DNA of 64,000 bases. Origin: Truepera sp. Lineage in GTDB: Bacteria > Deinococcota > Deinococci > Deinococcales > Trueperaceae. Where the stretch lies: NCBI GenBank assembly GCA_965218435.1, contig CBDCKW010000009.1, positions 2,080,001 to 2,144,000 of the forward strand, given 5' to 3'. The stretch's first letter is position 1. The number at the start of each line of letters is the position of its first letter. The translations under genes were made by a program, and so were the position numbers. The notes beneath the pieces were generated by a model. That model was not told the origin of the DNA. It saw only the letters and a list, made by a program, of their open reading frames with translations, and searched no databases. Below, one piece after another: positions 62,797-64,000 of the stretch.

Positions 62797-63972
62797 ATGA
62801 CCTTATCTAAACCGCTACTCACCCTAACCACCGGCCTTGCGCTCGCGCTACTGACGCTCTCGAGCTGTAGCGGTGCCGCCACAACACCCGTGACGCCCGT
62901 GACACCTCCGCCAAAACCTATACCTGCTGCCGGTGAGATCATAGCAACAGGTCTAAATTATCCCCAAGGTGTCCTCCTAGCACCGGGCGGAACGCTCTAT
63001 ATCGGTGACTTCGGTACCGCAGGTGACACGGTGCTGGGTACCATCCCGGCCAACCCGCCAGCTCAACCCGACCCCATAGACATCAAAATCGGCAACACCG
63101 CACGAATTCTCGAGGTTGCGGCCGACGGTACACAGAGCGTACTAACTACCTTGCCTTCAGTGTTTTTAGGCCAGGAACCCGTAGGCGCGGGCAAGTTGGC
63201 ATTCGTAGGCGGCGAGCTGTATACGGTTAACGGCGACTGGAGTGTGCCGGATATTGCGCGGCCCGAGCAAGTCTCGGCGCTGCTTAAAATCTCAGCGGGT
63301 ACGGTGGGTGAAGTTGCCAGCACCTGGGCTTTGGAAAAGGCCGAAAATCCCTATCCCGGCCCCGTAGATTCGCACCCTTACGGTCTTACTGCCGGTCCAG
63401 ACGGTAACTTGTGGATCGCCGACGCCGGGGGCAACGACCTGCTTAAGTACGACCTCGAGGCCAAGGAGCTGAGTGTGGTCTCAGTCTTTGCGCCTATCCC
63501 TAACGACAACCCGCCTGCGGGCACACCGCCTGTCTCGGAGCCTGTACCGACCGCAGTTGCTTTTGACGCTGACGGAACGCCCTACGTGTCGCTGCTGACA
63601 GGTTTTCCCTTTACTTCAGGCGCGGCCAAGGTACTCCAAATCGCCGCCGACGGGACTTTTAGCGATTATGCTACCGGGTTAAGTTCGCTGACTGACCTCG
63701 TGACGGGTCCGGACGGCAACCTCTACGCCGTCAGCTTGGGCGACTACTCCTTTGCGTCCGGCGCACCCACGCCCCAACCAGGCACGGGCAGCGTCATCCG
63801 GATTAAACCGGGTGGCGTCAAAGAAACCGTGCTGAGCGGCCTTGACACGCCTACTGCGGTGGCCTTTAACGCCAAAGGAGACGCCTTTATCGTGGTCAAC
63901 GGAGCTGCGGCTCCGGGTACCGGCCAGGTTCTACGCTATGACGGCCTGAGCGAGTATCCAGCCAAACCTTAA
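62797..63972 (+). CDS. ScyD/ScyE-family beta-propeller lipoprotein
   Basis: Lipobox LSSC, Pro-rich linker, and motifs DSHPYG, ADAGGNDL, EPVPTAV and LTGFPF. Confidence 0.8.
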   Translation: MTLSKPLLTLTTGLALALLTLSSCSGAATTPVTPVTPPPKPIPAAGEIIATGLNYPQGVLLAPGGTLYIGDFGTAGDTVLGTIPANPPAQPDPIDIKIGNTARILEVAADGTQSVLTTLPSVFLGQEPVGAGKLAFVGGELYTVNGDWSVPDIARPEQVSALLKISAGTVGEVASTWALEKAENPYPGPVDSHPYGLTAGPDGNLWIADAGGNDLLKYDLEAKELSVVSVFAPIPNDNPPAGTPPVSEPVPTAVAFDADGTPYVSLLTGFPFTSGAAKVLQIAADGTFSDYATGLSSLTDLVTGPDGNLYAVSLGDYSFASGAPTPQPGTGSVIRIKPGGVKETVLSGLDTPTAVAFNAKGDAFIVVNGAAAPGTGQVLRYDGLSEYPAKP

Positions 63973-64000
63973 TTAGACTCTGAGTGTAAGCAGTGACGAA

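Overview
A mostly housekeeping, GC-rich chromosomal window. It is probably from a Deinococcota organism (Truepera-like); this is inferred from protein character, dcw gene order and many leaderless starts, and no database search was run. From left to right it holds: the 3' end of asnS, fluc, a GerMN protein, a degenerate amidase and smpB; a decayed MFS/IS1 patch; priA, purM, an OmpR-type two-component pair and luxS; a high-GC TetR/NmrA islet; NYN, mscS, ligA, an O-antigen-ligase-like gene, a BMP-family binding protein and RNase P RNA; the dcw cluster (mraZ to ftsZ, without murE or ddl); NUDIX, ribF and tRNA-Leu(TAA); hisC-hisB-hisH; a WYL-regulator/DinB module; an osmoprotectant ABC transporter, ddl and an HNH gene; redox genes interrupted by an intact IS5-family element; and an ECF sigma/anti-sigma locus with secreted targets. 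No CRISPR array, prophage or obvious defence island was seen. The most interesting signals lie outside the ORF track. (1) The palindrome CTCGAG occurs about 120 times by eye, HIP1-like. (2) An operator-RBS-small-protein unit is duplicated in the WYL/DinB locus, with one copy fused in frame to an EamA exporter. (3) A leaderless 26-codon ORF sits where murE normally lies and is coupled to murF. (4) Twin divergent ECF promoters drive a ScyD/ScyE-family lipoprotein operon. (5) An apparently catalytically dead amidase is coupled to a GerMN protein.
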